DNA of 64,000 nucleotides from Octopus sinensis. Lineage: Eukaryota. Positions 49,060 through 63,006 of the stretch are shown one piece after another (the first letter of the stretch is position 1; each line of letters begins with the position of its first letter). The DNA is taken from positions 64,914,001-64,978,000 of the forward strand of contig NC_043006.1 of the NCBI RefSeq assembly GCF_006345805.1, in the 5' to 3' direction. The notes beneath the pieces were generated by a model. The model was not told the origin of the DNA, searched no databases, and saw only the letters and a list, made by a program, of their open reading frames with translations. Position numbers and translations under genes: made by a program.

Positions 49060-52000
49060 AACAACAAACAAAATGAGGACAACTACCCGTCAAATATAAA
49101 TAATGTACATAATTCCTCATCCCTTAAATATAGAACTGCTAAAGGGTTAAGACAAACAAAGTATCGCTAAGCATTTTGTCCAGCATGCTAAACGACAACA
49201 ATAATAATGATGATGATGTTAGTATTCAATTGTTGTGGGATTCATTCAAATGAAGTAGATTTAAAGATTGTAATATACTAATTGTCCAAGGACCCACAAT
49301 TCCTATTTGGAATCTTACCTGCTGAGCTGTTTTAGCTGTTGTTGTTGTTGGTCTTTAGAAAAGGAATGGTGTCTGTCCACCAGTGCCTCACTCTTGAGTA
49401 TTTTCTCTCTCTTTGTCTCTCCTTCACCTACTTGTTCTACTACTATTAGACATATGAGGCACATGGCTCAGTGGTTAGAGATATTTGATTCATAATCATA
49501 AGGTTGTGAGTTCAATTTCTGATGGCATGTTGTGTCCTTGAGCAAAACACTTTATTTCATGTTGCTCCAGTCCACTGAGCTGGCAAAAATGAGTGGCATC
49601 AGCCTTGTCACACACTGTGGAATGCTCAGCCACTTGCTTGTTAATTTCACAAGCCAGGTGTTCCACTGAATGGATCAACTGGAACCCTGGTTGTCATAAC
49701 CAACGAAATACCAGATATATGAGAGAAGAGATATCATGTCCCCAACCCACGCCTTCTTTATTATTCCCTAATCTGCTCTTGCCAAGTGCTGTGGAGCAGT
49801 GTTTGTTCAAATGCCTTTCCTCTGATTCATAGATGTTGCCAGTTAAAGAAGCCACAGTGACACCTGTTTTTCTGACTGATTTTCACAGGACAGTTCCTTT
49901 AAAGGTCAGAGTGGACTTGTTACCTTGAATGACTCTTATAAACGATTCTTTTACTGACCAAAGACAGCCTGCTTCTCCACCTGTGACCCATGGGATTTTC
50001 TGAATAGCATGCCTAATGAGAAATTACTTTGAATTTTTTTAGTAATGCAGCTCACTTAAGATCACTCATGTCTCATATGGCCTGCTTCTTGTAAAAGGTT
50101 GCCCATGCCTGCTCTATATGATCCCTCAACCTGCTAGAAATAGCAAGCAGACTTCTCAAATTACACTCTATTGATTTTGAAAAGGAAGTCACATTAGCGT
50201 ATGTAGTCCTAGATACACTGTCCAAATAAAAGACATGACTGGCACTTTAGGGACACTTTTGACTACAGGTCAGCTCATTCAGCCAAAGTGACTTGGAGCT
50301 AAATAATGGCGAGATATTTTATAATAGCATTGTTCATAACTACTTCCCCCACACCTCTTTCTCTCCCTTTCTATTGTCTGTTTTTTGACATTGACTTCTG
50401 CAGAACCCCACCCACCACATTGTCATTTTTCTCTCTGATAACTGGTGCTGGTACCACATAAAAAGCACCCAGTACATTCTGTAAAGTGGCTGATGTTAGG
50501 AGAGTCATCTAGCTGAAGAAACACAATGGAGAGGTCATCTACCTGAAGGAACCAGGCCAGAAGAGACAATAGAGTCTGTTGCACCCCCTGGCCTTTACCA
50601 GCTCTTGTCAAACCATCCAACCCATGCCAGCATAGAAAACAGATGTTAAATGATGATGTTGATAACCCCTACTCCCTCATCTACTTCACCTTTTCTCTCT
50701 CTCTCCTCTTATTTAGGTCTCTCCTGAGCCCTTAAAGACTCATAAGCCAGAGCTTAATCCAGTTTAGTTTCCATTACTTATAAATGACTGAGATGATAGC
50801 AATCCCCTGTTCTGAGCAGGATGCTGGTTTCTCTCAGGGTTGACTTCCCAGAAATTGCTGGAATTCATTTTACAGCTGAGTGGACCGTGGCAACAGGAAA
50901 TGAGGTGTTTCACACAAGAACACAATGCATGGCCTCGTATCTTTTATCTGTTATCTTTTACTTGTTTCAGTCATCTGACTGTGGCCATGCTGGGGCACTG
51001 CCTTCAAAGAAATCAACCCCAGGATTTACTTCTTTTTCTTAAGCTGGGTATTTATTGTATCAGTCTCTTTTGTCAAACTGCTAAGTTACGGGGACATAAA
51101 CACATCAATGCCGGTTGTCAAGCAGTGGTGGGGGACAAACACAGGCACAAAGAAACACACACACACACACACACAACAGGGTTCTTTCAGTTTCTGTCTC
51201 CCAAATCCTTCCACAAGGGTTTGGTTGGTCTGAGGCTATAGTAGAAGACACTTGTCCTAGGTGCCATGCAGAGGGATTGAACCTAGAACCAAGATCTTAT
51301 GATCATGAGTGCAACCCACCAACCACTAGTTTAAATGCATTCACTCTGCCTCCCCTGCTTTAGTTAATCTATCTTTCTTCTTTATTTCCCCCACCCCCTA
51401 TTTCTCTCCTTCCAGGCAATGGACCCTCCATTGATAATTTCAACTGTTGTTATTCCACTTACTTCAGTATCAACTCTGTCTCAATTTTTATTTTGGATAA
51501 CTGACAAGGTGGACGAGTCCTTGACCAATGGTTGGAAGGTTACTGGGTCAAGCGGAAGATCTGTACAATCAGACAACAGTTGGACATCAACTAGCAAGGG
51601 AGCTACTGCTGCAGGGTAGCCCCACCATCGACCAAGCTTGTTGCATGCTTCTGCACCGCTTGATACTTGGCATGGAGGCCCAAGAAGCAATCCAGTGGGG
51701 GAGACAATGCCAGCTGCCTTACTCACCGTCCAAAGGAGTGTCACTCAAAGAATTCTGGACAGAACAGTCAATGTTGAAATGACAGGCAACCACTGCTGAC
51801 CTTCCACCAGGTGAGTGGCTTAGTACTTTGGCTGTTGCACTCATGATCACAAGGTCAAAGTTTCAATATCTGGACCGGGTGGTGTGTTGTGTTCTTGGGC
51901 AAAACACTTCATTTCCCATGGCTCCAGTCTCCTCAACCATAAATAAGTAACCCGGCAATGGACTGGTGTCCCATTTAGGGGGAATGTTGTAATATTGGTC

Positions 52001-52578
52001 GTTTATATGCTGTGGAAATTAGAAACTGGATTTATGAGTCTTAAGGCTTGAGACAGGGGTCTAAGAAAATGCTGCAAGGCATTCTATTGAAGATAATAAT
52101 AATAATAATGATTTATTTTATTGGCCACAAGGGCATAAAACGTTGAGAACAACATCAAAGGACAATAATGGTAATAATAATAATAATCCTTTCTACTAAA
52201 GGCACAAGGCCTGAAATTTTGTGGGAGGGGGGGGGCTAGTCAATTACATTGACTCCAGTGCGAAACAGGTACTTTGACACTAAAAGGATGAACGACAAAG
52301 TCAATCTCAGTGGAATTTGAACTCAGAACGTAAAGATGGATGAAATACCGCTAAGCATTTTGTCTGGTGTGCTAATGCTTCTACTAGCTTACCACCTTTA
52401 ATAATAATAATAATGATTTCTTTTTTTCATTTATTCCCTTTCTACTAAATGCACAAGGCCTGAAATTTGGAGGGAGGTGAGTAGTTGATTACATCGACCC
52501 CAGTGTTTCACTGGTACTTAATTTATCAACTCCCAAAGGATGAAATGCAAAGTCAACCTTGGTGGAATAATAATAATA

Positions 52579-52614
<36 letters not shown>

Positions 52615-53361
52615 TAAGGATAATTTCAAGTTTTTGCCATAAGAGCAACATGGGGGAGGGGATTAAGTCGATTGCATCAACCCCAGTATGTAACTGGTAC
52701 TTATTTAATTGACTCTGAAAGGATAAAGGGCAAAGTTAACCTCGGTGGAATTTGAACCCAGAATATAAAGATGGGTGAAATACCGCTAAACATTTCGCCC
52801 AGCATGCTAACAATTCTGCTAGCTCACCAATTTAATAATAATAATAATATTTCTACTTTTTGGCTGAAGCAATTTTAAGGGGAGGGGCGAGTTAATAACA
52901 TTGACCTCAGTACATTTTATTGACCCAAAAGCAAAGAAAGACAAAGTTGACCTTAGCAGGATTTGAACACAGAACATAAAGAATCAGAAAATATGCCACT
53001 AAATATTTCGTCTTCCTTGCAAACAATTTTGTTCACTCACCATCCACATAATAATAATAATAATAATAATAATGATTGGAAGCATTATCATGTACATTGT
53101 TTTGTCTTGGTATAAAAGAAGGGCTACAGTAAATAGCATGCTAATGATTGTTTTCTACTCAAGACACAAGGCCTGAAATTTTGGGGGAGGGGGCCTGTCG
53201 ATTAGATCAACCCCTGTATGAAACTGGGGCTTAATTTATTGACCCAGAAAGAATGAAAGGCAGAGTCGACCTCGGCAGAATTTGAACTCAGAACGTAGCG
53301 ATGGGCGAAATACCGCCAAGCATTTTGTCCAGTGTGGTAACGTTTCTGCTAGCTCACCACC

Positions 53362-53406
<45 letters not shown>

Positions 53407-53591
53407 GTTTTACAATTTGGCACAAAGGGATGGGGTAAGCTGATTACATCGACCCCTGTATGCTACTGGAACTTATTTTGTCGACCCTGAAACAATGAAA
53501 GGGAAAGTGGATCCTGGTGGAATTTGAACTCAGAATGTAAAGACAGATGAAATGCTGCAAACATTTCGTCATCCAGCTTGCCATGATGATG

Positions 53592-53683
53592 GCGGCAGCG
53601 GCAGCAGCAGCAGCAGCAGTAGTAGCAGTAGTAGCAGTAGTAGTAGTAGCAGCAGCAGCAGCAGTAGTAGCAGAAGCAGCTGC

Positions 53684-53722
<39 letters not shown>
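53592..53722. repeat. Compound (GCA)n/(GTA)n trinucleotide microsatellite
   Basis: Read directly; accounts for the spurious poly-A/poly-V ORF. Confidence 0.9.
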
Positions 53723-54317
53723 TTCTGACAGAGGTACAAGGTCAGACCTTTCGGGGAGTAGGGAATGGATTTTTTTTTACTGTCTCTTGATTTTATTAAA
53801 ACTGAAATGATGAATGGGAAAGTTGACCCTGGTGAGATTTGATCTCAGAAAGCAGAGAACTTTAACTATGTACCACAAGGCAATTTGTCCAATGTCCTAA
53901 TGATTGTGCCAATCAACTGTCCCTTATAACAATAAAGATTCCTTACAGAAGTAGAAATTTTTAGACACAGAGAAAGGAGGAAGATTATCTTAATCTAATT
54001 AATCTAGGTCAGTGTTTCTCGCTCCTTTTTTTTCACCTATGGACACCTTAGATTCTTATTCTACTCTATTGGACCGTCATAGCCATTTGATGTTTTAAAA
54101 AAATCCTATTATACTTTTAGAATTAAATTTTATTAGAAATCATCTAAAAAAAATGTTGAAATATTTTGTGTACAGTAATCCCTTGCCATATCGTGGTTCA
54201 CCAATCATGATTTATTATTTAAGCTTACATCAATTCCTTTGTGGTGTTGTTTTGCATTATTATAAAATAAATATGTACAAATTATAAAAATGATTTTAAA
54301 AATATACAGTATAAATA

Positions 54318-54504
54318 GGCACAGGAGTGGCTGTGTAAAGGCGTAGGAGTGGCTGTGTGGTGAGTAGCTTGCTTACTAACCACATGGTTCCGTGTTCAGT
54401 CCCACTGCATGGCACATTGAGTGAGTGTCTTCTACTATAGCCTTGGGCCGACCAAAGCCTTGTGAGTGGATTTGGTAGATGGAAACTGAAAGAAACCCGA
54501 CATA

Positions 54505-54563
<59 letters not shown>

Positions 54564-54775
54564 ATGTTTGTGTGTCTGTGTTTGTCCCCTCAGCATTGCT
54601 TGGCAACAGATACCGGTGTGTTTACATCCCCATAACTTAGTGGTTTGGCAAGAGAGGCCGATAGAATAATTACTATGCTTACAAAGAATAAGTCCTCGGG
54701 TCAATTTGCTCAACTAAAGGAAGTGCTCCAGCATGGCCACAGTCAAATGACTGAAACAAATACAAAAATAAAAGA
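54318..54775 (+). mobile_element. tRNA-derived SINE family B (ggcgcaggagtggctgtgtggtaag...). Other copies 3195-3510, 4718-5046(-), 11490-11830, 12280-12660, 29205-29630, 29932-30282, 32400-32740, 33995-34782(-), 47640-47975, 50938-51290(-)
   Basis: Recurrent ~400-bp unit with A/B-box-like head (tggctgtgtggt, ggttcagtccc), a central (TA)/(TG) tract and a 3' tgactgaaacaagtaaaag end. Confidence 0.85.
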
Positions 54776-56034
54776 ATACTGTTTCTACTTCGCAGATTTT
54801 CACCTAAAACCTGGAAAGTAACACCCACAATAGTTAAGGGATGACTGTGTTATAGAAGTAAAATCTATTTATTACACATAAAACTCTTATATAGAACCCT
54901 AAGGGCCATATGGGTCCTGGTAGCAGACCACTGATCTACATAAGCCTGGCATTCTTTATCTCATCATTGTTCAGTGTTCAGTTTTCCATCCTGGCATGTG
55001 TTGGACAGAATTTGTTGAAGTGTATTTTCTATGGCATGGAGGCACATGGCCTAGTGGTTAGAGCAGTGAACTCACAGTCAAGGGATCCTGGGTTCGAATC
55101 TCAGACCGGGCGATGTGTGTGTTTATGAGCAAAAACACCTAAGCTCCACGCAGCTCCAGCTTTCGCCCCAACTTTCTCTCACTCTTTCCTCGTGCATCTT
55201 GCAGCTCAGCTGCAACGGACTGGCATCCCATCCAGATGGGGAACTTATACACCAAGGAAACCATGAAACTGGCCCAATGAGCCAGGTGTGGCTCAAGAAG
55301 GAACAAACAACAACAATTTTCTATGGCTCGATACCCTACCTGTCATCAACCTCATGTTCCCAAGTAAGGTAATATTTCCCCAAGACTTGACATGTCACAG
55401 ATGATTAGAAATGAAGGACAAGGACACAGCTTGCATAGGGGTTGACACTCACAGCTATCTTGTAACGTCTAACACAAACATATACACCATGGGATTTGGA
55501 AGGGCATCCAGCTGCAAAAAACTACACCAAAACTGACCTTGCTTGTGCTGGTGCCATATAAAAAGTACTCAGACCATTCTGTAGAGTGGTTGGTGTTAGG
55601 AAGGGCAGCTGGCCATAAAACCCATGCCAAAACTGACACTGAACCCTGGTGCAGTCTAGCCAGCTCCTGTCAAACCGTTCAACCCATGCCAGCATAGAAG
55701 GTTGACATTAAATGATGATGATATATAAGGTGGGCTTCTTTCAGTTTCCATCTACCAAATCCACTCACAAGGTTAGGTTGGCCCAGGGCTATAGTATAAA
55801 GCATTTGCTCAAGTTGCCACACAGTGGGACTGAACTCAGAACCATGTGGCTTACCACACAACCATGACTGATACACACCCACACAGATGTGACTGGGTGG
55901 TTCAGTGACTTATTTCCAAACAAGTGGTTTTGTATTCGGTCCCACTGCACTGCATCCTGGACAAATGTCTCCTACTATGGCCTCCGATCATCAAAGTTTT
56001 GCAAATGAATTTGGTAGACAGAAACTGAAAAGAA

Positions 56035-56585
56035 GCTGGCAGAAACGTTAGCACGCTGGGCGATATGCTTAGCTGTATTTCGTCTGCCATTACGTTCTGA
56101 GTTCAAATTCCGCCAAGGTCAACTTTGCCTTTCATCCTTTCAGGGTTGATTAAATAAGTAACAGTAGTGCACTGGGGTCAATCTAATCTCCCTCCCCCAA
56201 AATTTCAGGCCTTGTGGCTATAGCATAAAAGATTATTATTATGAAGGTGGTGAGGTCGACTTTGCCTTTCATCATTTTGGGGTTGATAAATTAAGTACCA
56301 ATTACGCACTGGGGTCGATATAATCGACTTCATTCGTTTGTCTGTCCTTGTTAGTCCCCTCTGTGTTTAGCCCCTTGTGGGTAGTAAAGAAATAAGTATT
56401 TCATCTGCCGCTACATTTTGGGTTCAAATTCTGCCTAGGTCGACTTTGCCTTTCATCCTTTCAGGGTCGATTAAATAAGTACCAGTTATGCACTGGAGTC
56501 GATATAATTAACTTAATCCGTTTGTTTGTCCTTGTTAGTCTCCTCTATGTTTAGCCCCTTGTGCGTAATAAAGAAATAAGAAACT
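56035..56585 (+). mobile_element. tRNA-derived SINE family C (gagctggcagaa.cgttagcacg...ttctgagttcaaattccgccgaggtcgac), partial tandem copies. Others at 352-603(-), 12935-13155, 14985-15182(-), 20715-21160, 38874-39040(-), 45420-45630, 52180-53920(-), 63670-64000
   Basis: Recurrent unit with B-box gagttcaaattcc; heads typically sit next to (TTA)n tracts. Confidence 0.85.
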
Positions 56586-57108
56586 GAAAATAAGTCTGTT
56601 CTGTGTGTGTGTGTGTGTGTGTGCGCACGCATTTGTCTTGACATCATATGATGACAGTAAATGATGATGATAATCATCATCATTGGCCTCATCACGACCA
56701 CCACCATCATCATCAAACAAATGATGTTTGTTTTCAATCTTTCATAGAAAACATGTCTGGTCATCAGAATATTATGGATGTTAAAACAACAATGATGATA
56801 TATACGATCATCACCAGCGTATCGTCCACTTTGCTATGCTTGCCTTGGTCAGATGGAATCTGCTGTAGGAGATTTTTTACAGTCTGATGTCGTTCCTGTT
56901 GACAAACCTCATGTTGTTTGCAAGCAGGGTAACATTCCCCTACAACCAAACAAGTTTTTTTGCAGAATATTGTAAATGAAGGACCCCGCTTGTGTGACAG
57001 TGACACTCATTTACACCCATTACGTGATGTCAAGACAAGGAAACACAGACTGTTAGGTGAAGGAGGGAATGAAAGGTTTGATTGAAAAGGAAGCAACACA
57101 AGAATGGC

Positions 57109-57146
<38 letters not shown>

Positions 57147-57189
57147 CAGAAAGCAAATGAGAAGAAATTAAAAAATTACAAAAAAAAAA

Positions 57190-57560
57190 TACAAAAGCTG
57201 TGAGAGTGAGGGAGGAGGAAGGCAACTGCTGTGTCGTCTTCCTTTTATCTATAACTGAAGGAGGAGGAGGAAGAGAAGTGAAACGCTAATATAGCCAAGG
57301 GAGCTAACTCTTATTGTATTTCGATATTTATCGATTTGTGAGGGTTTGTCACAAACGATGTAGTCTAGCTGAAGAGATCGATGTCGGTTTTTTTTAAGGT
57401 GATGACGGTGGTAGTGGTGGGTGTCACCTCTCCCTATATTTTCATGTAGTCGGTGAATCAGAGTAGAAAGAAATTCACTACACTAGTTTTACTATTTACT
57501 TTCTCTACTAAACTCACCTCCCAATATCCCAGTAACATCTACACACACACACACACACAT
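57190..57560 (-). promoter_or_regulatory. Possible promoter / 5'UTR region of a minus-strand transcription unit
   Basis: Unique sequence with a local CpG excess (about 9 in 300 bp) beside (GA)n; donor gag|gtgagt at 57517 and pyrimidine-rich acceptor ttcacttctcttcctcctcctccttcag ending at 57255. Confidence 0.3.
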
Positions 57561-58689
57561 ACATACATAAAAGATTGATAAAAACAACAAATGTGTGTCG
57601 TATGTGTATCAGTGTATGGATACGCCGCCGCCACCATTTAACGTCGCTTTCCATGACGGTTCGATATGGGTAAGCGAGCCAGAGGACTGTGTGTCATGCT
57701 CTACTTTCTGCTTTGTCATGGGTTCTACAGCTGATTGCTGTGTGCTTACATGGCATTAGTATCAGTAAGGTCACCAACGAACTTCATCATCATCATCATC
57801 ATCATCATCGTCGTCGTTTAACGTCCGCTTTCCATGCTAGCATGGGTTGGACGGTTTGACTGTGGGCTGGCGAACCAAATGGCTGCACCAGACTCCAATC
57901 TTGATCTGGCAGAGTTTCTACAGCTGGATGCCCTTCCTAACGCCAAAGACAATAAATACTTCTCAACTGCAGGCGGAGAACAAGACTGATGGAGGTGGCT
58001 CTGGGCCCAGGTGATGGAAGGTTTGGTATATCTGCAATTTATTTAGTGCAACACTGGTCATTGACTAGAAACCACAAAAGCCATCCACTACTGCTATTCC
58101 CTTTGTTGAATCTTACTCTCACTCCCAGAGTATTTATGGTACCTTTTTAAAAATCAGTTCCAGTCTTCCCAAACAGGTGAAGACAATGTGATTAATGTTT
58201 AGCTGATAGTTGTTGGTGCTACAGAATGAGATGCTTTGATGCAGCTGACTGAATATGCAGCTGGTTTAGGTAAGGGTACGTTTTGGCGCTGGAGGCAAAT
58301 GCATCCACTCACATACATACAGATAGGAATAGATAGAGAGAGTGAGAAAGAGGTATTACAATTTATTATAATAATAATAATTATCATCGTCGTTTAACGT
58401 CCGCTTTCCATGCTGGCATAGGTTGGATGGTTTGATTGGGGACTGGTAGGCCAGGAAGCTGCACCAGGCTTCAATCTGATCTGGCAATGTTTCTACAGCT
58501 GGATGCCCTTCCTAACGCCAACCACTTCAAGAGTGTAGTAGGTACATTTTACGGGCCACCAGCATGGGTACCAGTCAGGCAGCATTGGCATTGAATGAAC
58601 TTATTGTATACAGTGCTCAGGTGCACTATAACTCATCAGAAAAGGTAGCTAAAAGCGCATTAACACATAAATAGAATAATGTACAGGAA

Positions 58690-59070
58690 GTGAACAATGA
58701 AGGAGTTGTTAAAAAAAAAAAAAAAAAGAGGGAAGGACATCAGGTGTATGGCTGGCGAATTTCAGGAAGCAAGTTTTGAAGGATGTACTGTCCTGAAGAG
58801 CTAACAACTGATGTGAGTAGTTTATTCTATGCTTCAGCAATTAATTGCCACTGAAACTCCGAATATGAACTCTACATCTCATCAGCGGATGACAACTACA
58901 GCTCTGGCATCTATTCTACTTGACATGATTGCTCTCCCAGTGGGGCAACTGTCTGCCAGGTGTGGTTGGCATCCACGAAGGACATGTAAACTCGTTGGTC
59001 AGAACCAACTCAATTCTCTCCAGGTAAATACTGCAGCAAGTACAAGTATGATGGTCAGAGACAGAAATAG
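58690..59070 (-). mobile_element. CR1/L2-like LINE 3' remnant
   Basis: Decayed ORF ending QDSTSFKTCFLKF..., similar to CR1/L2 C-termini; next to an A-run. Confidence 0.4.
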
Positions 59071-62000
59071 ATGAGGATAGCTAGTAGTGCACATTGTTGA
59101 GAATTCAGTCTGTGATTTCAGTGGTTTGGGTAAAAAAAAATGAAAGAAGTTTTATGTATTGAACTCATCCTAGATAAAAAGGGAGCTTCAATGTGGTCTC
59201 TTGCTCTGCTAAAAATAGCAGCCTAATTTTCCCGGAATCACACTCTACCATCTTTAATAAAGAAGATACAGTTGATAATTTAGTTTGTAGTAGATATAAA
59301 GACTAGATGATTATGGCTGGAATAAGTTTAATGGTAGATCTACTGAATCTGGACTGAGCTAGAGATAATTATCAAAAATTTCTGGTAAGCCAATGAAAGA
59401 ACCACTATCTGGATACTCAATGTGCAAGAAATAGCAACCAAATTTTCCATCATCAACAAACCCTAGGGCTTGAGACAGTTATGCCTCAAGCCCTAGGAAT
59501 CAAACGGTCAGTCATTTGGTTTCCACAGCATTTCAGTACCTGAGATCACGACACTGCCCTGAACAGAATGCCTGTCTGTTGAAGGGGAACTCATTTATAG
59601 CTGAGTGATCTGGAGCAATGTGAAATGAAAGGTTTTGCTCAAGAAGGCAATGCACCACTCAATCCAAGAACCAAAACCACGATCTAGTAATCTTGTGCTC
59701 ATGGGCACAAAAGCTTTACCACTAAACCCTGTGCCTTCACTTCAACCTTTTCACATTCAAATAATTCTGCCAAAACTAATTGTCATGTTTTGAATTAATC
59801 TTGCATTATCTCGCTCCTTTCAGAATTTGACGAGGTAATTGAATGACATTGTAGGATTGGTGTGAAAGGCCAGATTCTGGCCAGTTTGAACATAAAACAG
59901 GTAGAATATTTGGGCCTGATATAGCTGGTTCAACCCATTAGCATTTAAACTATTTCGTCAAATGCAATTTGTGTTTATTCACATTGCTTTGAATTAATCA
60001 TAAATTGCTTTGTAGCATCAAAATTCTAATGATGTGATTGTTTATGTTTAGTATGGCATTGTAGGGTAAGTGTGAGAGGCAAGATCTGGCCAGTTTAACT
60101 ATAAACAGGAAGAATATTTGGGCTGGATACGGCTAGTTTAAATACTTAAGGGTTAAATGATAGTCATGATTGAAATGTCTTTGACTGTTGATCTACTGGG
60201 GCCAAGCAACCAGAAAAATAAGGTGAGGTTGCTGACCTTTAGGGCTCCTTTTATTCTATCACTGCTGTTTATTTCAAAATATTTATTTCTTACAGGGAAC
60301 AAGGATTCAGATTTATAATGGAAGAAAGAAGGGATATTGTGGTGATCATGCATTTCCCAAGGACATTAGCATTAAGCTGTGTCCCAGCATGGCTGCAGCC
60401 TTGAATAATGTAGCTGAGCGAATTGACCCTACGACTTTCTTTTAAGTCTGCGAGTTATTCTATTAGTCTGTTTTGCTGAACTGTTAATTATGGGAACATA
60501 AACAAACTAACACTAGATGTCAAGTGGTGGTGGGTGGGGGGGACAAACACACATTATTCGTTTCACGTCCGTTTTCCATGCTGGCATGGATTGGACGGTT
60601 TGACTGGGGATTGGCAAGCCAGGAGGCAGCACCAGGCTCCAATCTGATCTGACAATGTTTCTACAGCTGGATGCCCTTCCTAATGCCAACCACTCCGAAA
60701 GTGTAGTGGGTGCTTTTTATGTGCTACCAGCACGAGAGCCAGTCAGGCAGCACTGGCATCAGCTACGTTGAGATTGTGCTTTTTATGTGCTACCAGCACA
60801 GGAGCCATTTGGGGCGGGGTGGCTGGGTTTGACCATGTTTGGATGGTCCTTTTTACATATACATACAATGGGCTTGGGCTTTCACACAGTTTCTGTCAAA
60901 CGAAATTCACAATTTATTCATGAGGAATTGGTCAACCCAGGGCTTATAGTAGAAGACACTTGCTCAAGGTACTAACCAACATTGCCAAAAGTTACAAAAG
61001 TTATGGAAAAGTGTGTTTAGGCAAGGATGAGAGAGAGAATCAATGAAAGAAGTGGAGAAGTGAAAAGACATGAAAAGGAGAAGTGGGTGGGTGGGTGGGT
61101 GTAGAGAATATAATGTAGAATAAAGAGTTCTAAGCAAAAACATAAAGAAATGCCATGAAAAGATTTGAAGTCAAAATCTATGAGCAGTCATACGAAAAAA
61201 ACATTAACCACTTGACCATCTTGCCTGTACAACGCTGTCATGGCTGTTATATTACACCTGCAGCTCAGCCAATACTGGGATAGTTATATCTGGTAGGAGA
61301 CATTACACAGTGGTACTAACACCTGGGGACTAGACTTGGTGCTAACAATAGACATGTTGTGACTTACAGAAAGAGCAACAGACAATATACTTGTAGAGTC
61401 AACAATGGCTACAGTGTTGTTACAATCCATATTTTCTCTACAATATTGTACAATAAGTAATCCTCCCCTTGTCTCTCCCATATACTGTTATTCATTGATC
61501 CACATGCTTCACAACATTGGACAGTAAACCAGACGCACACACTCTCTCTCTCACCAATATCATACAGCAATCTTTTCACACTCTACAGCAATCTATTCTC
61601 ATTCTCTAGACAACTACTCAGTAATTTCTTCTCTGTAACACTACACAGCAAGTTAGCTTCCCTCCCTCCCTCTAAATTGTACAGTAACCCACTCTCCACT
61701 TCTCTCTCTGTATATATTACATTTATGTACTCCCTCTCACTCACAGTCTCTATACTTCTATTTTTAGCACATCACAATTTGTACAGAACTGTCAGTACAG
61801 GCATGGCAATGCGGTGGAGAAGCTTACTTCCTTATTACATGATTGTGGGATCAGTCCTATTGTTTGGCACCTTGGGCAACCGTAACTTTATAAGTAGGTT
61901 TAGAAGATGGAAACTGAAAGAAGCCTATTGTGTGTGTATGTGATTGTGAATCCTTTTCTAGACATCACTCTCATAGAAGTGAAGTTGCTTATTTCCAATC

Positions 62001-62861
62001 TTCCATGAAAAGCATGTCTGCTCATGAGGAAATATTAGCTTGCTTGGAAAAAAAAGTGAGGGTTGGTGACAAGAAGGTCATTTGCCAATAGAAAAATATC
62101 TGCCCCACGCAAGCATGGAAAAGCGAACCTCAAACTTCTGGGTTTTCCATCTTTCACTTTCTCTGGGTTAATCTCGCTGATTTCCGTCCCTCTAGATGTC
62201 AATATGTGGAAGCACATGGCCTAGAGGTTAGAGCAGCGTACTCGTGGTCGAGGGATTGCGGGTTCGAATCTCAGACCAGGCGATGTGTGTATTTATGAGT
62301 GAAACACCTGCGGGTCCGGCAGAAATTAATGGCAAACTTCTGCTGACTTTTTTGCCACAACTTTCTCTCACTCATTCCTCCTGCATCTTGCAGCTCACCT
62401 GTGACAGACGAGCGTCCCGTACTGGTGGGGAACCTATATGCCAAGGAAACCGGCCCTATGAGCCACGAATGGCTCGAGAAGGAACAAACAACAGACGTCA
62501 ATATTGGAATAAAAGATTTAGAGAATATGAAGGTCCTTAAATGTAATCTATGACAAAAAGAAAAAAGATTAAAATTAATCCTTCTGACTAAACTTAATAG
62601 ATCAGGGGTCCTAAACTGTTGCTTTCAGGGCCACATGTGGCCCGCAACCATCCTTTTGGTGACCCCCAACAGCCTTCCTGTGTATAGATAATGATAAATG
62701 CAAAATTCTTTCTGTCCAGGGCCCCAGTATCTCAGTCTTCACATACATATTATATCTTTTTGGAATCAGGATAATCTCAGAACTGAAAATCTGCCCTTCA
62801 TTTGGTTCTTGAACATCCAGTATTGTGATCGGGTCTGGATGAGGATTTGTTATATGCTAAC

Positions 62862-63006
62862 ACAGTGGTTCCCAACCTGGGGTCTAAAAGGTATTAGTGG
62901 GGGTCCATGAACTAAATTCAAAATTTCATAATATAAATATATGCATAAGGATAAGCATACTGAAAAGGGTCCATGGGAAATAGATAAAAGGGTTGGAAAC
63001 CACCGT
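62862..63006. mobile_element. hAT-like MITE
   Basis: Termini cagtggttcccaacc / ggttggaaaccaccg. Confidence 0.5.

Noticed and set aside
60223-60295. 73-nt plus-strand mini-intron
   Set aside because: The flanking frames give no recognisable protein and there is no downstream donor.
16290-62495. Genuine tRNA genes at SINE heads
   Set aside because: A/B boxes are present but the acceptor stems do not close and the sequence continues into SINE bodies.
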